DNA of 64,000 nt from Eledone cirrhosa (lineage: Eukaryota). The stretch is from contig OZ024760.1 of the NCBI GenBank assembly GCA_964016885.1, positions 13,764,001 to 13,828,000 on the forward strand. The letters run 5' to 3'. The position numbers were made by a program, and so were the translations under genes. This document shows, piece after piece, positions 39,763 through 54,396 of the stretch (within the stretch, counting starts at the first letter, position 1; each line of letters starts with the position of its first letter). The notes below the pieces were generated by a model. It had not been told where the DNA came from and did not search any database. It worked only from the letters and a program-made list of their open reading frames with translations.

Positions 39763-40453
39763 ATGTATATATATATATGTATGTATATATTTGTCCTGGG
39801 TATGACATTAAACTACATCCAGTGGCAAGGCTCAAGTTCAGGAGGAACTGTGGGGAACGTGGAGTTACCCCCTTAGTTGTCATAACTCCCAGGTCTGCTC
39901 TGGCCTGGTGTAGTAGTACCTGTTGGGGCCCCATTTATAGGTTAAATAATAAGATGACAGATCGGCGTACCCTATCAAAGGCCTTCTCTAGGTCAACAAA
40001 GGCTAAGTATAGTGGCTTATTTTTCTCTAAGAACCTCTCTTGTAATTGTCTCATCAAGAAGAGGGCATCTGTTGTACTATTCCCAGGCACAAAACCAAAC
40101 TGCATCTCATCTAGTTTGACCCTTTCTCTAATTAGTTGTGCTAATATCCTTTCTGCCACTTTCATAACCTGATCCATCAGTTTTATATCCCTATAATTTC
40201 TCCTCTCAAGAGCGTCCCCTTTACTTTTGCACTAGTCTTTGGGTATGACACTGCCATATATAGCCTGATTGATGATGTGTGCAACCAGTTTAGTGCCTAC
40301 GTCCCCTGAGGCCTTCAGCATCTCAGCAACTATCTCCGATGGTCCAGCAGCCTCACCATTTTTCATTTCCTTAATCGCCTCTTGGACCCTATATTCGTTA
40401 ATCTCAATAGCTGGTCCCTCTGTCTGATCTACTGAGGGTAATTTCTCTCTCTC

Positions 40454-40487
<34 letters not shown>

Positions 40488-40715
40488 TGAAAGATTTGTA
40501 AATGTCTGAGAGATTGGCTAAATGTTTTACAGTGTACTGTGCCACTAAACTGCACCATACTAAATTGCACTGCACTGCACTGCACTGCACTGCACTGTTC
40601 ACGCTAACGCTAGTGTTTTGTGTTTTGCAGGTATGACCAGTAAGAGCGAGGAAGTTATTTCAAAGGATTTTCGTAATTAAACACTTTTTTTACCATTATT
40701 TTAAGGTATTATCTC

Positions 40716-40757
<42 letters not shown>

Positions 40758-43393
40758 GGACCTCTTGATAAGACGAAATGACCTGTATAATTTTTTTCAT
40801 ATTTAGATGGAATAGAAGAAAAAGAAGAGAAATGAAAGCAATGAAATTAAGTTTTAGAGAAAATATACGCCAACGACAATGGAGGTATGATTTCAGTTTA
40901 ATCTTAACCTAATGACCACTTTACAGAGTGTACTGGGTGTGTTTTACCTCGCTATGTTTACTGTAAACCCTAGATAACGAATGCCTTGTTGAGTGTTGTG
41001 AATTGTGAACGTGAGGTTGTGTTGTGGGGTTGCTTGGTGAGGTTGCATAAGAAGGGTGTTGTGAGTTTGCATTATGATGTAGCTTTGTGAGGCTTTGTTG
41101 TGAATTGATAAATATTTGAAAACACACCTCTGTCCCTCAACAGTCAGTCAGTCATTTTCTACTAAAACTCATTGATGCGAGTCCCTAGCATTGTATCTGT
41201 AAGTACATTATGACTATTTTCTCTTGGTGGACTTGACATTCAAAGATATTTGTATATATTTTGTTGATGTTGTTTGTTAGTTAGGAAATTGCTTAAAAGC
41301 TACTTTGATCACAGCACTTTGTAAAGGCAACATATGTTTAAGATTCTTTTTTCTTTTATTTTTGTTATTCAGATGACAGAGAAGGCAAAGAAAGGCACAG
41401 AAGAAAAGAACAATGACGATTATTATTATTATTATTATTACTATTATTATTTGTTTTATTATAATCAAAATATGCTGTTAGTTTGCCTGCTATCCCACTA
41501 CGTGCCTGCTATCGCACTCGATCTTTTGTGTACGTTTTATATAATTTATGCCAGTTCCGTTTCTGCATATCGAACATGGCCATTTCCCTGACGGAATAGA
41601 GTTTTGTCCTCTTTTCTACTCATCAACACTCATTCGTGACACAAAGTACAGCGGCATCATTGCGGACAGACTTAATCCCGATTTGCACTGACACACTGCC
41701 TCGCAGTACGGAACAGCGCACGTCGTCGAGCAGCCTCCTTGCATGCTAAGTACACCTGACGTCTAGCTTCTCTCTTAGCGGCTGTATATTCTTCTCTACT
41801 CGCACTAATTTTGCAAGCATTCCATGCTAGTCTTTAGTCTCCAATGGCCCGATCTACCGTGCTGTCCCACCACCATGTCACTCTCTGTCTGGTTGGAACT
41901 CTGATCCAGCCACAAGTTTCATCAGTAACCTGCAGTAAGGTATCGCATAAGAAATTCCAGTTATCATCTATGTTGTACGACTCTAAATCGTCTTCTTTTT
42001 CATCATACACATATTGAAGGGCTTTCCTAAATTTGTATTTTAGTGAGAGCTCTTTTAGCTTCCAGACCTTTCTTTTTTCCACACCTTCCTGTATGTCTCA
42101 TTCAGTCTCTTGCTTGGGGTACATTCTTCCCCGGGGTATGCCTTTGTATTTGACACCATCTGCCTGTCCCGCTGCCTAACTAGCAAGAAGTCAATCTGGC
42201 TTATGTGCTTGCCTGATTTGTAGGTTATTAGGTGGTTGGCAGATTTGTGTAAGTTAGTGTTGTAGATGGTTAGTGCAATTGCATCGCAAAATTCAAGAAG
42301 TTTCACTGCTTCATTTCTTAAGCCGTAAGTGTGCCCAACATGTACCTCAGTGTAACCATCGTAGAGCTGTCCAACATGACCATTGAAATCCCCTGCTAGC
42401 ATAACGATGTCTCCGTCCTGTCATTGTGGCTGTTTGTAAAAATTGCTTGTAAATGCAGAATTTCTTGTCTTTACCTAGCAGCAGTTTCTTGCTCTCAATT
42501 AACCCTAAAACTAGCCGTAACGCTAACAGTAATACTAACCGTAACACTAACTTATGCAGGCCTAGGTAAAGACGAGAAAGATAAAACAAGGAGTGATGCT
42601 ATTTGAATTTTGTGATGCAAGTGTTTTAACCATTTGCAAAACCAACTTCCGCAAACCTGCCAACTGCCTAATAACCTACAAATTAGGCAAGCACAGAAGC
42701 CGGATTTCTCGGTAGTTAGGCAGCGAGACAGACAGATGGTGTGAAGTACCAGGGTGTGCCCCGGGGAGGACTGTTTCCCACAGCATGGGTTGGTTGTTGG
42801 TGATGTCTCGGTGATCCTGAGACGGAGTGAGAAGTGCAGGAGGGTGTTTATAGATAGACTGATGCACAGATATCTGGATAGATTGATAGAGAGATAGATA
42901 TATAGAGAGCATCATTATCATCGTCTGTTCATCATTTTACGTCCGCTTTTCCCTGCTTGAAAGGGTGGGACAGGTCCTCTTGAGCAAAGCATCTCTTCAC
43001 TTGTCACGGTCCTTCGTCATCTCCTTGGTGAGTTTCAGCGATCTGAAGTCGGCTCTCACCACCTCCACCCATGTTTTTCGTGGTCTTCCTCTACTGCGTC
43101 TCCCTTCTTTACCCAGCGCTCAACCTCCATGCGCATCACATGTCCATACCATCTCAGTCCTCTCTTGCACACCACAACTTATCCCTCTTAAACACAGTTT
43201 CTCTCTCAACTCGTTTATGCTTGGTCGTTCCCGCACATTGACATTGCACATCCAACGGAGCGTGCTTGCTTCATTTCTCTCCAGCCATCGCATACCCTCT
43301 GCAGTTGCTGTCCATGTCTCACTACCATGCAGGGTCGCACATCTCGCATAGGCATCATGTAACCACACTTTCGTACGCATATATATATTTGTA

Positions 43394-43432
<39 letters not shown>

Positions 43433-44123
43433 ATGTATATATATATATGTATGTATATATTTGTCCTGGGTATGACATTAAACTACATCCAGTGGCAAGG
43501 CTCAAGTTCAGGAGGAACTGTGGGGAACGTGGAGTTACCCCCTTAGTTGTCATAACTCCCAGGTCTGCTCTGGCCTGGTGTAGTAGTACCTGTTGGGGCC
43601 CCATTTATAGGTTAAATAATAAGATGACAGATCGGCGTACCCTATCAAAGGCCTTCTCTAGGTCAACAAAGGCTAAGTATAGTGGCTTATTTTTCTCTAA
43701 GAACCTCTCTTGTAATTGTCTCATCAAGAAGAGGGCATCTGTTGTACTATTCCCAGGCACAAAACCAAACTGCATCTCATCTAGTTTGACCCTTTCTCTA
43801 ATTAGTTGTGCTAATATCCTTTCTGCCACTTTCATAACCTGATCCATCAGTTTTATATCCCTATAATTTCTCCTCTCAAGAGCGTCCCCTTTACTTTTGC
43901 ACTAGTCTTTGGGTATGACACTGCCATATATAGCCTGATTGATGATGTGTGCAACCAGTTTAGTGCCTACGTCCCCTGAGGCCTTCAGCATCTCAGCAAC
44001 TATCTCCGATGGTCCAGCAGCCTCACCATTTTTCATTTCCTTAATCGCCTCTTGGACCCTATATTCGTTAATCTCAATAGCTGGTCCCTCTGTCTGATCT
44101 ACTGAGGGTAATTTCTCTCTCTC

Positions 44124-44159
<36 letters not shown>

Positions 44160-44392
44160 TGAAAGATTTGTAAATGTCTGAGAGATTGGCTAAATGTTTT
44201 ACAGTGTACTGTGCCACTAAACTGCACCATACTAAATTGCACTGCACTGCACTGCACTGCACTGCACTGCACTGTTCACGCTAACGCTAGTGTTTTGTGT
44301 TTTGCAGGTATGACCAGTAAGAGCGAGGAAGTTATTTCAAAGGATTTTCGTAATTAAACACTTTTTTTACCATTATTTTAAGGTATTATCTC

Positions 44393-44433
<41 letters not shown>

Positions 44434-47069
44434 GGACCTCTTGATAAGACGAAATGACCTGTATAATTTTTTTCATATTTAGATGGAATAGAAGAAAAAG
44501 AAGAGAAATGAAAGCAATGAAATTAAGTTTTAGAGAAAATATACGCCAACGACAATGGAGGTATGATTTCAGTTTAATCTTAACCTAATGACCACTTTAC
44601 AGAGTGTACTGGGTGTGTTTTACCTCGCTATGTTTACTGTAAACCCTAGATAACGAATGCCTTGTTGAGTGTTGTGAATTGTGAACGTGAGGTTGTGTTG
44701 TGGGGTTGCTTGGTGAGGTTGCATAAGAAGGGTGTTGTGAGTTTGCATTATGATGTAGCTTTGTGAGGCTTTGTTGTGAATTGATAAATATTTGAAAACA
44801 CACCTCTGTCCCTCAACAGTCAGTCAGTCATTTTCTACTAAAACTCATTGATGCGAGTCCCTAGCATTGTATCTGTAAGTACATTATGACTATTTTCTCT
44901 TGGTGGACTTGACATTCAAAGATATTTGTATATATTTTGTTGATGTTGTTTGTTAGTTAGGAAATTGCTTAAAAGCTACTTTGATCACAGCACTTTGTAA
45001 AGGCAACATATGTTTAAGATTCTTTTTTCTTTTATTTTTGTTATTCAGATGACAGAGAAGGCAAAGAAAGGCACAGAAGAAAAGAACAATGACGATTATT
45101 ATTATTATTATTATTACTATTATTATTTGTTTTATTATAATCAAAATATGCTGTTAGTTTGCCTGCTATCCCACTACGTGCCTGCTATCGCACTCGATCT
45201 TTTGTGTACGTTTTATATAATTTATGCCAGTTCCGTTTCTGCATATCGAACATGGCCATTTCCCTGACGGAATAGAGTTTTGTCCTCTTTTCTACTCATC
45301 AACACTCATTCGTGACACAAAGTACAGCGGCATCATTGCGGACAGACTTAATCCCGATTTGCACTGACACACTGCCTCGCAGTACGGAACAGCGCACGTC
45401 GTCGAGCAGCCTCCTTGCATGCTAAGTACACCTGACGTCTAGCTTCTCTCTTAGCGGCTGTATATTCTTCTCTACTCGCACTAATTTTGCAAGCATTCCA
45501 TGCTAGTCTTTAGTCTCCAATGGCCCGATCTACCGTGCTGTCCCACCACCATGTCACTCTCTGTCTGGTTGGAACTCTGATCCAGCCACAAGTTTCATCA
45601 GTAACCTGCAGTAAGGTATCGCATAAGAAATTCCAGTTATCATCTATGTTGTACGACTCTAAATCGTCTTCTTTTTCATCATACACATATTGAAGGGCTT
45701 TCCTAAATTTGTATTTTAGTGAGAGCTCTTTTAGCTTCCAGACCTTTCTTTTTTCCACACCTTCCTGTATGTCTCATTCAGTCTCTTGCTTGGGGTACAT
45801 TCTTCCCCGGGGTATGCCTTTGTATTTGACACCATCTGCCTGTCCCGCTGCCTAACTAGCAAGAAGTCAATCTGGCTTATGTGCTTGCCTGATTTGTAGG
45901 TTATTAGGTGGTTGGCAGATTTGTGTAAGTTAGTGTTGTAGATGGTTAGTGCAATTGCATCGCAAAATTCAAGAAGTTTCACTGCTTCATTTCTTAAGCC
46001 GTAAGTGTGCCCAACATGTACCTCAGTGTAACCATCGTAGAGCTGTCCAACATGACCATTGAAATCCCCTGCTAGCATAACGATGTCTCCGTCCTGTCAT
46101 TGTGGCTGTTTGTAAAAATTGCTTGTAAATGCAGAATTTCTTGTCTTTACCTAGCAGCAGTTTCTTGCTCTCAATTAACCCTAAAACTAGCCGTAACGCT
46201 AACAGTAATACTAACCGTAACACTAACTTATGCAGGCCTAGGTAAAGACGAGAAAGATAAAACAAGGAGTGATGCTATTTGAATTTTGTGATGCAAGTGT
46301 TTTAACCATTTGCAAAACCAACTTCCGCAAACCTGCCAACTGCCTAATAACCTACAAATTAGGCAAGCACAGAAGCCGGATTTCTCGGTAGTTAGGCAGC
46401 GAGACAGACAGATGGTGTGAAGTACCAGGGTGTGCCCCGGGGAGGACTGTTTCCCACAGCATGGGTTGGTTGTTGGTGATGTCTCGGTGATCCTGAGACG
46501 GAGTGAGAAGTGCAGGAGGGTGTTTATAGATAGACTGATGCACAGATATCTGGATAGATTGATAGAGAGATAGATATATAGAGAGCATCATTATCATCGT
46601 CTGTTCATCATTTTACGTCCGCTTTTCCCTGCTTGAAAGGGTGGGACAGGTCCTCTTGAGCAAAGCATCTCTTCACTTGTCACGGTCCTTCGTCATCTCC
46701 TTGGTGAGTTTCAGCGATCTGAAGTCGGCTCTCACCACCTCCACCCATGTTTTTCGTGGTCTTCCTCTACTGCGTCTCCCTTCTTTACCCAGCGCTCAAC
46801 CTCCATGCGCATCACATGTCCATACCATCTCAGTCCTCTCTTGCACACCACAACTTATCCCTCTTAAACACAGTTTCTCTCTCAACTCGTTTATGCTTGG
46901 TCGTTCCCGCACATTGACATTGCACATCCAACGGAGCGTGCTTGCTTCATTTCTCTCCAGCCATCGCATACCCTCTGCAGTTGCTGTCCATGTCTCACTA
47001 CCATGCAGGGTCGCACATCTCGCATAGGCATCATGTAACCACACTTTCGTACGCATATATATATTTGTA

Positions 47070-47108
<39 letters not shown>

Positions 47109-47799
47109 ATGTATATATATATATGTATGTATATATTTGTCCTGGGTATGACATTAAACTACATCCAGTGGCAAGGCTCAAGTTCAGGAGGAACTGTGGG
47201 GAACGTGGAGTTACCCCCTTAGTTGTCATAACTCCCAGGTCTGCTCTGGCCTGGTGTAGTAGTACCTGTTGGGGCCCCATTTATAGGTTAAATAATAAGA
47301 TGACAGATCGGCGTACCCTATCAAAGGCCTTCTCTAGGTCAACAAAGGCTAAGTATAGTGGCTTATTTTTCTCTAAGAACCTCTCTTGTAATTGTCTCAT
47401 CAAGAAGAGGGCATCTGTTGTACTATTCCCAGGCACAAAACCAAACTGCATCTCATCTAGTTTGACCCTTTCTCTAATTAGTTGTGCTAATATCCTTTCT
47501 GCCACTTTCATAACCTGATCCATCAGTTTTATATCCCTATAATTTCTCCTCTCAAGAGCGTCCCCTTTACTTTTGCACTAGTCTTTGGGTATGACACTGC
47601 CATATATAGCCTGATTGATGATGTGTGCAACCAGTTTAGTGCCTACGTCCCCTGAGGCCTTCAGCATCTCAGCAACTATCTCCGATGGTCCAGCAGCCTC
47701 ACCATTTTTCATTTCCTTAATCGCCTCTTGGACCCTATATTCGTTAATCTCAATAGCTGGTCCCTCTGTCTGATCTACTGAGGGTAATTTCTCTCTCTC

Positions 47800-47833
<34 letters not shown>

Positions 47834-48056
47834 TGAAAGATTTGTAAATGTCTGAGAGATTGGCTAAATGTTTTACAGTGTACTGTGCCACTAAACTGCA
47901 CCATACTAAATTGCACTGCACTGCACTGCACTGCACTGTTCACGCTAACGCTAGTGTTTTGTGTTTTGCAGGTATGACCAGTAAGAGCGAGGAAGTTATT
48001 TCAAAGGATTTTCGTAATTAAACACTTTTTTTACCATTATTTTAAGGTATTATCTC

Positions 48057-48096
<40 letters not shown>

Positions 48097-50732
48097 GGAC
48101 CTCTTGATAAGACGAAATGACCTGTATAATTTTTTTCATATTTAGATGGAATAGAAGAAAAAGAAGAGAAATGAAAGCAATGAAATTAAGTTTTAGAGAA
48201 AATATACGCCAACGACAATGGAGGTATGATTTCAGTTTAATCTTAACCTAATGACCACTTTACAGAGTGTACTGGGTGTGTTTTACCTCGCTATGTTTAC
48301 TGTAAACCCTAGATAACGAATGCCTTGTTGAGTGTTGTGAATTGTGAACGTGAGGTTGTGTTGTGGGGTTGCTTGGTGAGGTTGCATAAGAAGGGTGTTG
48401 TGAGTTTGCATTATGATGTAGCTTTGTGAGGCTTTGTTGTGAATTGATAAATATTTGAAAACACACCTCTGTCCCTCAACAGTCAGTCAGTCATTTTCTA
48501 CTAAAACTCATTGATGCGAGTCCCTAGCATTGTATCTGTAAGTACATTATGACTATTTTCTCTTGGTGGACTTGACATTCAAAGATATTTGTATATATTT
48601 TGTTGATGTTGTTTGTTAGTTAGGAAATTGCTTAAAAGCTACTTTGATCACAGCACTTTGTAAAGGCAACATATGTTTAAGATTCTTTTTTCTTTTATTT
48701 TTGTTATTCAGATGACAGAGAAGGCAAAGAAAGGCACAGAAGAAAAGAACAATGACGATTATTATTATTATTATTATTACTATTATTATTTGTTTTATTA
48801 TAATCAAAATATGCTGTTAGTTTGCCTGCTATCCCACTACGTGCCTGCTATCGCACTCGATCTTTTGTGTACGTTTTATATAATTTATGCCAGTTCCGTT
48901 TCTGCATATCGAACATGGCCATTTCCCTGACGGAATAGAGTTTTGTCCTCTTTTCTACTCATCAACACTCATTCGTGACACAAAGTACAGCGGCATCATT
49001 GCGGACAGACTTAATCCCGATTTGCACTGACACACTGCCTCGCAGTACGGAACAGCGCACGTCGTCGAGCAGCCTCCTTGCATGCTAAGTACACCTGACG
49101 TCTAGCTTCTCTCTTAGCGGCTGTATATTCTTCTCTACTCGCACTAATTTTGCAAGCATTCCATGCTAGTCTTTAGTCTCCAATGGCCCGATCTACCGTG
49201 CTGTCCCACCACCATGTCACTCTCTGTCTGGTTGGAACTCTGATCCAGCCACAAGTTTCATCAGTAACCTGCAGTAAGGTATCGCATAAGAAATTCCAGT
49301 TATCATCTATGTTGTACGACTCTAAATCGTCTTCTTTTTCATCATACACATATTGAAGGGCTTTCCTAAATTTGTATTTTAGTGAGAGCTCTTTTAGCTT
49401 CCAGACCTTTCTTTTTTCCACACCTTCCTGTATGTCTCATTCAGTCTCTTGCTTGGGGTACATTCTTCCCCGGGGTATGCCTTTGTATTTGACACCATCT
49501 GCCTGTCCCGCTGCCTAACTAGCAAGAAGTCAATCTGGCTTATGTGCTTGCCTGATTTGTAGGTTATTAGGTGGTTGGCAGATTTGTGTAAGTTAGTGTT
49601 GTAGATGGTTAGTGCAATTGCATCGCAAAATTCAAGAAGTTTCACTGCTTCATTTCTTAAGCCGTAAGTGTGCCCAACATGTACCTCAGTGTAACCATCG
49701 TAGAGCTGTCCAACATGACCATTGAAATCCCCTGCTAGCATAACGATGTCTCCGTCCTGTCATTGTGGCTGTTTGTAAAAATTGCTTGTAAATGCAGAAT
49801 TTCTTGTCTTTACCTAGCAGCAGTTTCTTGCTCTCAATTAACCCTAAAACTAGCCGTAACGCTAACAGTAACACTAACCGTAACACTAACTTATGCAGGC
49901 CTAGGTAAAGACGAGAAAGATAAAACAAGGAGTGATGCTATTTGAATTTTGTGATGCAAGTGTTTTAACCATTTGCAAAACCAACTTCCGCAAACCTGCC
50001 AACTGCCTAATAACCTACAAATTAGGCAAGCACAGAAGCCGGATTTCTCGGTAGTTAGGCAGCGAGACAGACAGATGGTGTGAAGTACCAGGGTGTGCCC
50101 CGGGGAGGACTGTTTCCCACAGCGTGGGTTGGTTGTTGGTGATGTCTCGGTGATCCTGAGACGGAGTGAGAAGTGCAGGAGGGTGTTTATAGATAGACTG
50201 ATGCACAGATATCTGGATAGATTGATAGAGAGATAGATATATAGAGAGCATCATTATCATCGTCTGTTCATCATTTTACGTCCGCTTTTCCCTGCTTGAA
50301 AGGGTGGGACAGGTCCTCTTGAGCAAAGCATCTCTTCACTTGTCACGGTCCTTCGTCATCTCCTTGGTGAGTTTCAGCGATCTGAAGTCGGCTCTCACCA
50401 CCTCCACCCATGTTTTTCGTGGTCTTCCTCTACTGCGTCTCCCTTCTTTACCCAGCGCTCAACCTCCATGCGCATCACATGTCCATACCATCTCAGTCCT
50501 CTCTTGCACACCACAACTTATCCCTCTTAAACACAGTTTCTCTCTCAACTCGTTTATGCTTGGTCGTTCCCGCACATTGACATTGCACATCCAACGGAGC
50601 GTGCTTGCTTCATTTCTCTCCAGCCATCGCATACCCTCTGCAGTTGCTGTCCATGTCTCACTACCATGCAGGGTCGCACATCTCGCATAGGCATCATGTA
50701 ACCACACTTTCGTACGCATATATATATTTGTA

Positions 50733-50771
<39 letters not shown>

Positions 50772-51462
50772 ATGTATATATATATATGTATGTATATATT
50801 TGTCCTGGGTATGACATTAAACTACATCCAGTGGCAAGGCTCAAGTTCAGGAGGAACTGTGGGGAACGTGGAGTTACCCCCTTAGTTGTCATAACTCCCA
50901 GGTCTGCTCTGGCCTGGTGTAGTAGTACCTGTTGGGGCCCCATTTATAGGTTAAATAATAAGATGACAGATCGGCGTACCCTATCAAAGGCCTTCTCTAG
51001 GTCAACAAAGGCTAAGTATAGTGGCTTATTTTTCTCTAAGAACCTCTCTTGTAATTGTCTCATCAAGAAGAGGGCATCTGTTGTACTATTCCCAGGCACA
51101 AAACCAAACTGCATCTCATCTAGTTTGACCCTTTCTCTAATTAGTTGTGCTAATATCCTTTCTGCCACTTTCATAACCTGATCCATCAGTTTTATATCCC
51201 TATAATTTCTCCTCTCAAGAGCGTCCCCTTTACTTTTGCACTAGTCTTTGGGTATGACACTGCCATATATAGCCTGATTGATGATGTGTGCAACCAGTTT
51301 AGTGCCTACGTCCCCTGAGGCCTTCAGCATCTCAGCAACTATCTCCGATGGTCCAGCAGCCTCACCATTTTTCATTTCCTTAATCGCCTCTTGGACCCTA
51401 TATTCGTTAATCTCAATAGCTGGTCCCTCTGTCTGATCTACTGAGGGTAATTTCTCTCTCTC

Positions 51463-51496
<34 letters not shown>

Positions 51497-51724
51497 TGAA
51501 AGATTTGTAAATGTCTGAGAGATTGGCTAAATGTTTTACAGTGTACTGTGCCACTAAACTGCACCATACTAAATTGCACTGCACTGCACTGCACTGCACT
51601 GCACTGTTCACGCTAACGCTAGTGTTTTGTGTTTTGCAGGTATGACCAGTAAGAGCGAGGAAGTTATTTCAAAGGATTTTCGTAATTAAACACTTTTTTT
51701 ACCATTATTTTAAGGTATTATCTC

Positions 51725-51767
<43 letters not shown>

Positions 51768-54338
51768 GGACCTCTTGATAAGACGAAATGACCTGTATAA
51801 TTTTTTTCATATTTAGATGGAATAGAAGAAAAAGAAGAGAAATGAAAGCAATGAAATTAAGTTTTAGAGAAAATATACGCCAACGACAATGGAGGTATGA
51901 TTTCAGTTTAATCTTAACCTAATGACCACTTTACAGAGTGTACTGGGTGTGTTTTACCTCGCTATGTTTACTGTAAACCCTAGATAACGAATGCCTTGTT
52001 GAGTGTTGTGAATTGTGAACGTGAGGTTGTGTTGTGGGGTTGCTTGGTGAGGTTGCATAAGAAGGGTGTTGTGAGTTTGCATTATGATGTAGCTTTGTGA
52101 GGCTTTGTTGTGAATTGATAAATATTTGAAAACACACCTCTGTCCCTCAACAGTCAGTCAGTCATTTTCTACTAAAACTCATTGATGCGAATCCCTAGCA
52201 TTGTATCTGTAAGTACATTATGACTATTTTCTCTTGGTGGACTTGACATTCAAAGATATTTGTATATATTTTGTTGATGTTGTTTGTTAGTTAGGAAATT
52301 GCTTAAAAGCTACTTTGATCACAGCACTTTGTAAAGGCAACATATGTTTAAGATTCTTTTTTCTTTTATTTTTGTTATTCAGATGACAGAGAAGGCAAAG
52401 AAAGGCACAGAAGAAAAGAACAATGACGATTATTATTATTATTATTACTATTATTATTTGTTTTATTATAATCAAAATATGCTGTTAGTTTGCCTGCTAT
52501 CCCACTACGTGCCTGCTATCGCACTCGATCTTTTGTGTACGTTTTATATAATTTATGCCAGTTCCGTTTCTGCATATCGAACATGGCCATTTCCCTGACG
52601 GAATAGAGTTTTGTCCTCTTTTCTACTCATCAACACTCATTCGTGACACAAAGTACAGCGGCATCATTGCGGACAGACTTAATCCCGATTTGCACTGACA
52701 CACTGCCTCGCAGTACGGAACAGCGCACGTCGTCGAGCAGCCTCCTTGCGTGCTAAGTACACCTAACCTCTAGCTTCTCTCTTAGCGGCTGTATATTCTT
52801 CTCTACTCGCACTAATTTTGCAAGTATTCCATGCTAGTCTTTAGTCTCCAATGGCCCGATCTACCGTGCTGTCCCACCACCATGTCACTCTCTGTCTGGT
52901 TGGAACTCTGATCCAGCCACAAGTTTCATCAGTAACCTGCAGTAAGGTATCGCATAAGAAATTCCAGTTATCATCTATGTTGTACGACTCTAAATCGTCT
53001 TCTTTTTCATCATACACATATTGAAGGGCTTTCCTAAATTTGTATTTTAGTGAGAGCTCTTTTAGCTTCCAGACCTTTCTTTTTTCCACACCTTCCTGTA
53101 TGTCTCATTCAGTCTCTTGCTTGGGGTACATTCTTCCCCGGGGTATGCCTTTGTATTTGACACCATCTGCCTGTCCCGCTGCCTAACTAGCAAGAAGTCA
53201 ATCTGGCTTATGTGCTTGCCTGATTTGTAGGTTATTAGGTGGTTGGCAGATTTGTGTAAGTTAGTGTTGTAGATGGTTAGTGCAATTGCATCGCAAAATT
53301 CAAGAAGTTTCACTGCTTCATTTCTTAAGCCGTAAGTGTGCCCAACATGTACCTCAGTGTAACCATCGTAGAGCTGTCCAACATGACCATTGAAATCCCC
53401 TGCTAGCATAACGATGTCTCCGTCCTGTCATTGTGGCTGTTTGTAAAAATTGCTTGTAAATGCAGAATTTCTTGTCTTTACCTAGCAGCAGTTTCTTGCT
53501 CTCAATTAACCCTAAAACTAGCCGTAACGCTAACAGTAACACTAACCGTAACACTAACTTATGCAGGCCTAGGTAAAGACGAGAAAGATAAAACAAGGAG
53601 TGATGCTATTTGAATTTTGTGATGCAAGTGTTTTAACCATTTGCAAAACCAACTTCCGCAAACCTGCCAACTGCCTAATAACCTACAAATTAGGCAAGCA
53701 CAGAAGCCGGATTTCTCGGTAGTTAGGCAGCGAGACAGACAGATGGTGTGAAGTACCAGGGTGTGCCCCGGGGAGGACTGTTTCCCACAGCGTGGGTTGG
53801 TTGTTGGTGATGTCTCGGTGATCCTGAGACGGAGTGAGAAGTGCAGGAGGGTGTTTATAGATAGACTGATGCACAGATATCTGGATAGATTGATAGAGAG
53901 ATAGATATATAGAGAGCATCATTATCATCGTCTGTTCATCATTTTACGTCCGCTTTTCCCTGCTTGAAAGGGTGGGACAGGTCCTCTTGAGCAAAGCATC
54001 TCTTCACTTGTCACGGTCCTTCGTCATCTCCTTGGTGAGTTTCAGCGATCTGAAGTCGGCTCTCACCACCTCCACCCATGTTTTTCGTGGTCTTCCTCTA
54101 CTGCGTCTCCCTTCTTTACCCAGCGCTCAACCTCCATGCGCATCACATGTCCATACCATCTCAGTCCTCTCTTGCACACCACAACTTATCCCTCTTAAAC
54201 ACAGTTTCTCTCTCAACTCGTTTATGCTTGGTCGTTCCCGCACATTGACATTGCACATCCAACGGAGCGTGCTTGCTTCATTTCTCTCCAGCCATCGCAT
54301 ACCCTCTGCAGTTGCTGTCCATGTCTCACTACCATGCA
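30719..54338. repeat. Head-to-tail macrosatellite-like array of about 6.4 copies of a 3.67-kb unit made of RTE fragments, a SINE-like piece, microsatellites and about 1.1 kb of non-TE sequence
   Basis: Identical ORFs recur at 30829, 34494, 38164, 41834, 45510, 49173 and 52841 (periods 3665, 3670, 3670, 3676, 3663, 3668). Units differ only by a few SNVs and microsatellite or poly-T lengths. Confidence 0.97.
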
Positions 54339-54396
54339 GCATCGCGCATCTCACTTGTGTGTGTGTATAGATATATATGTACATACATATATATTA

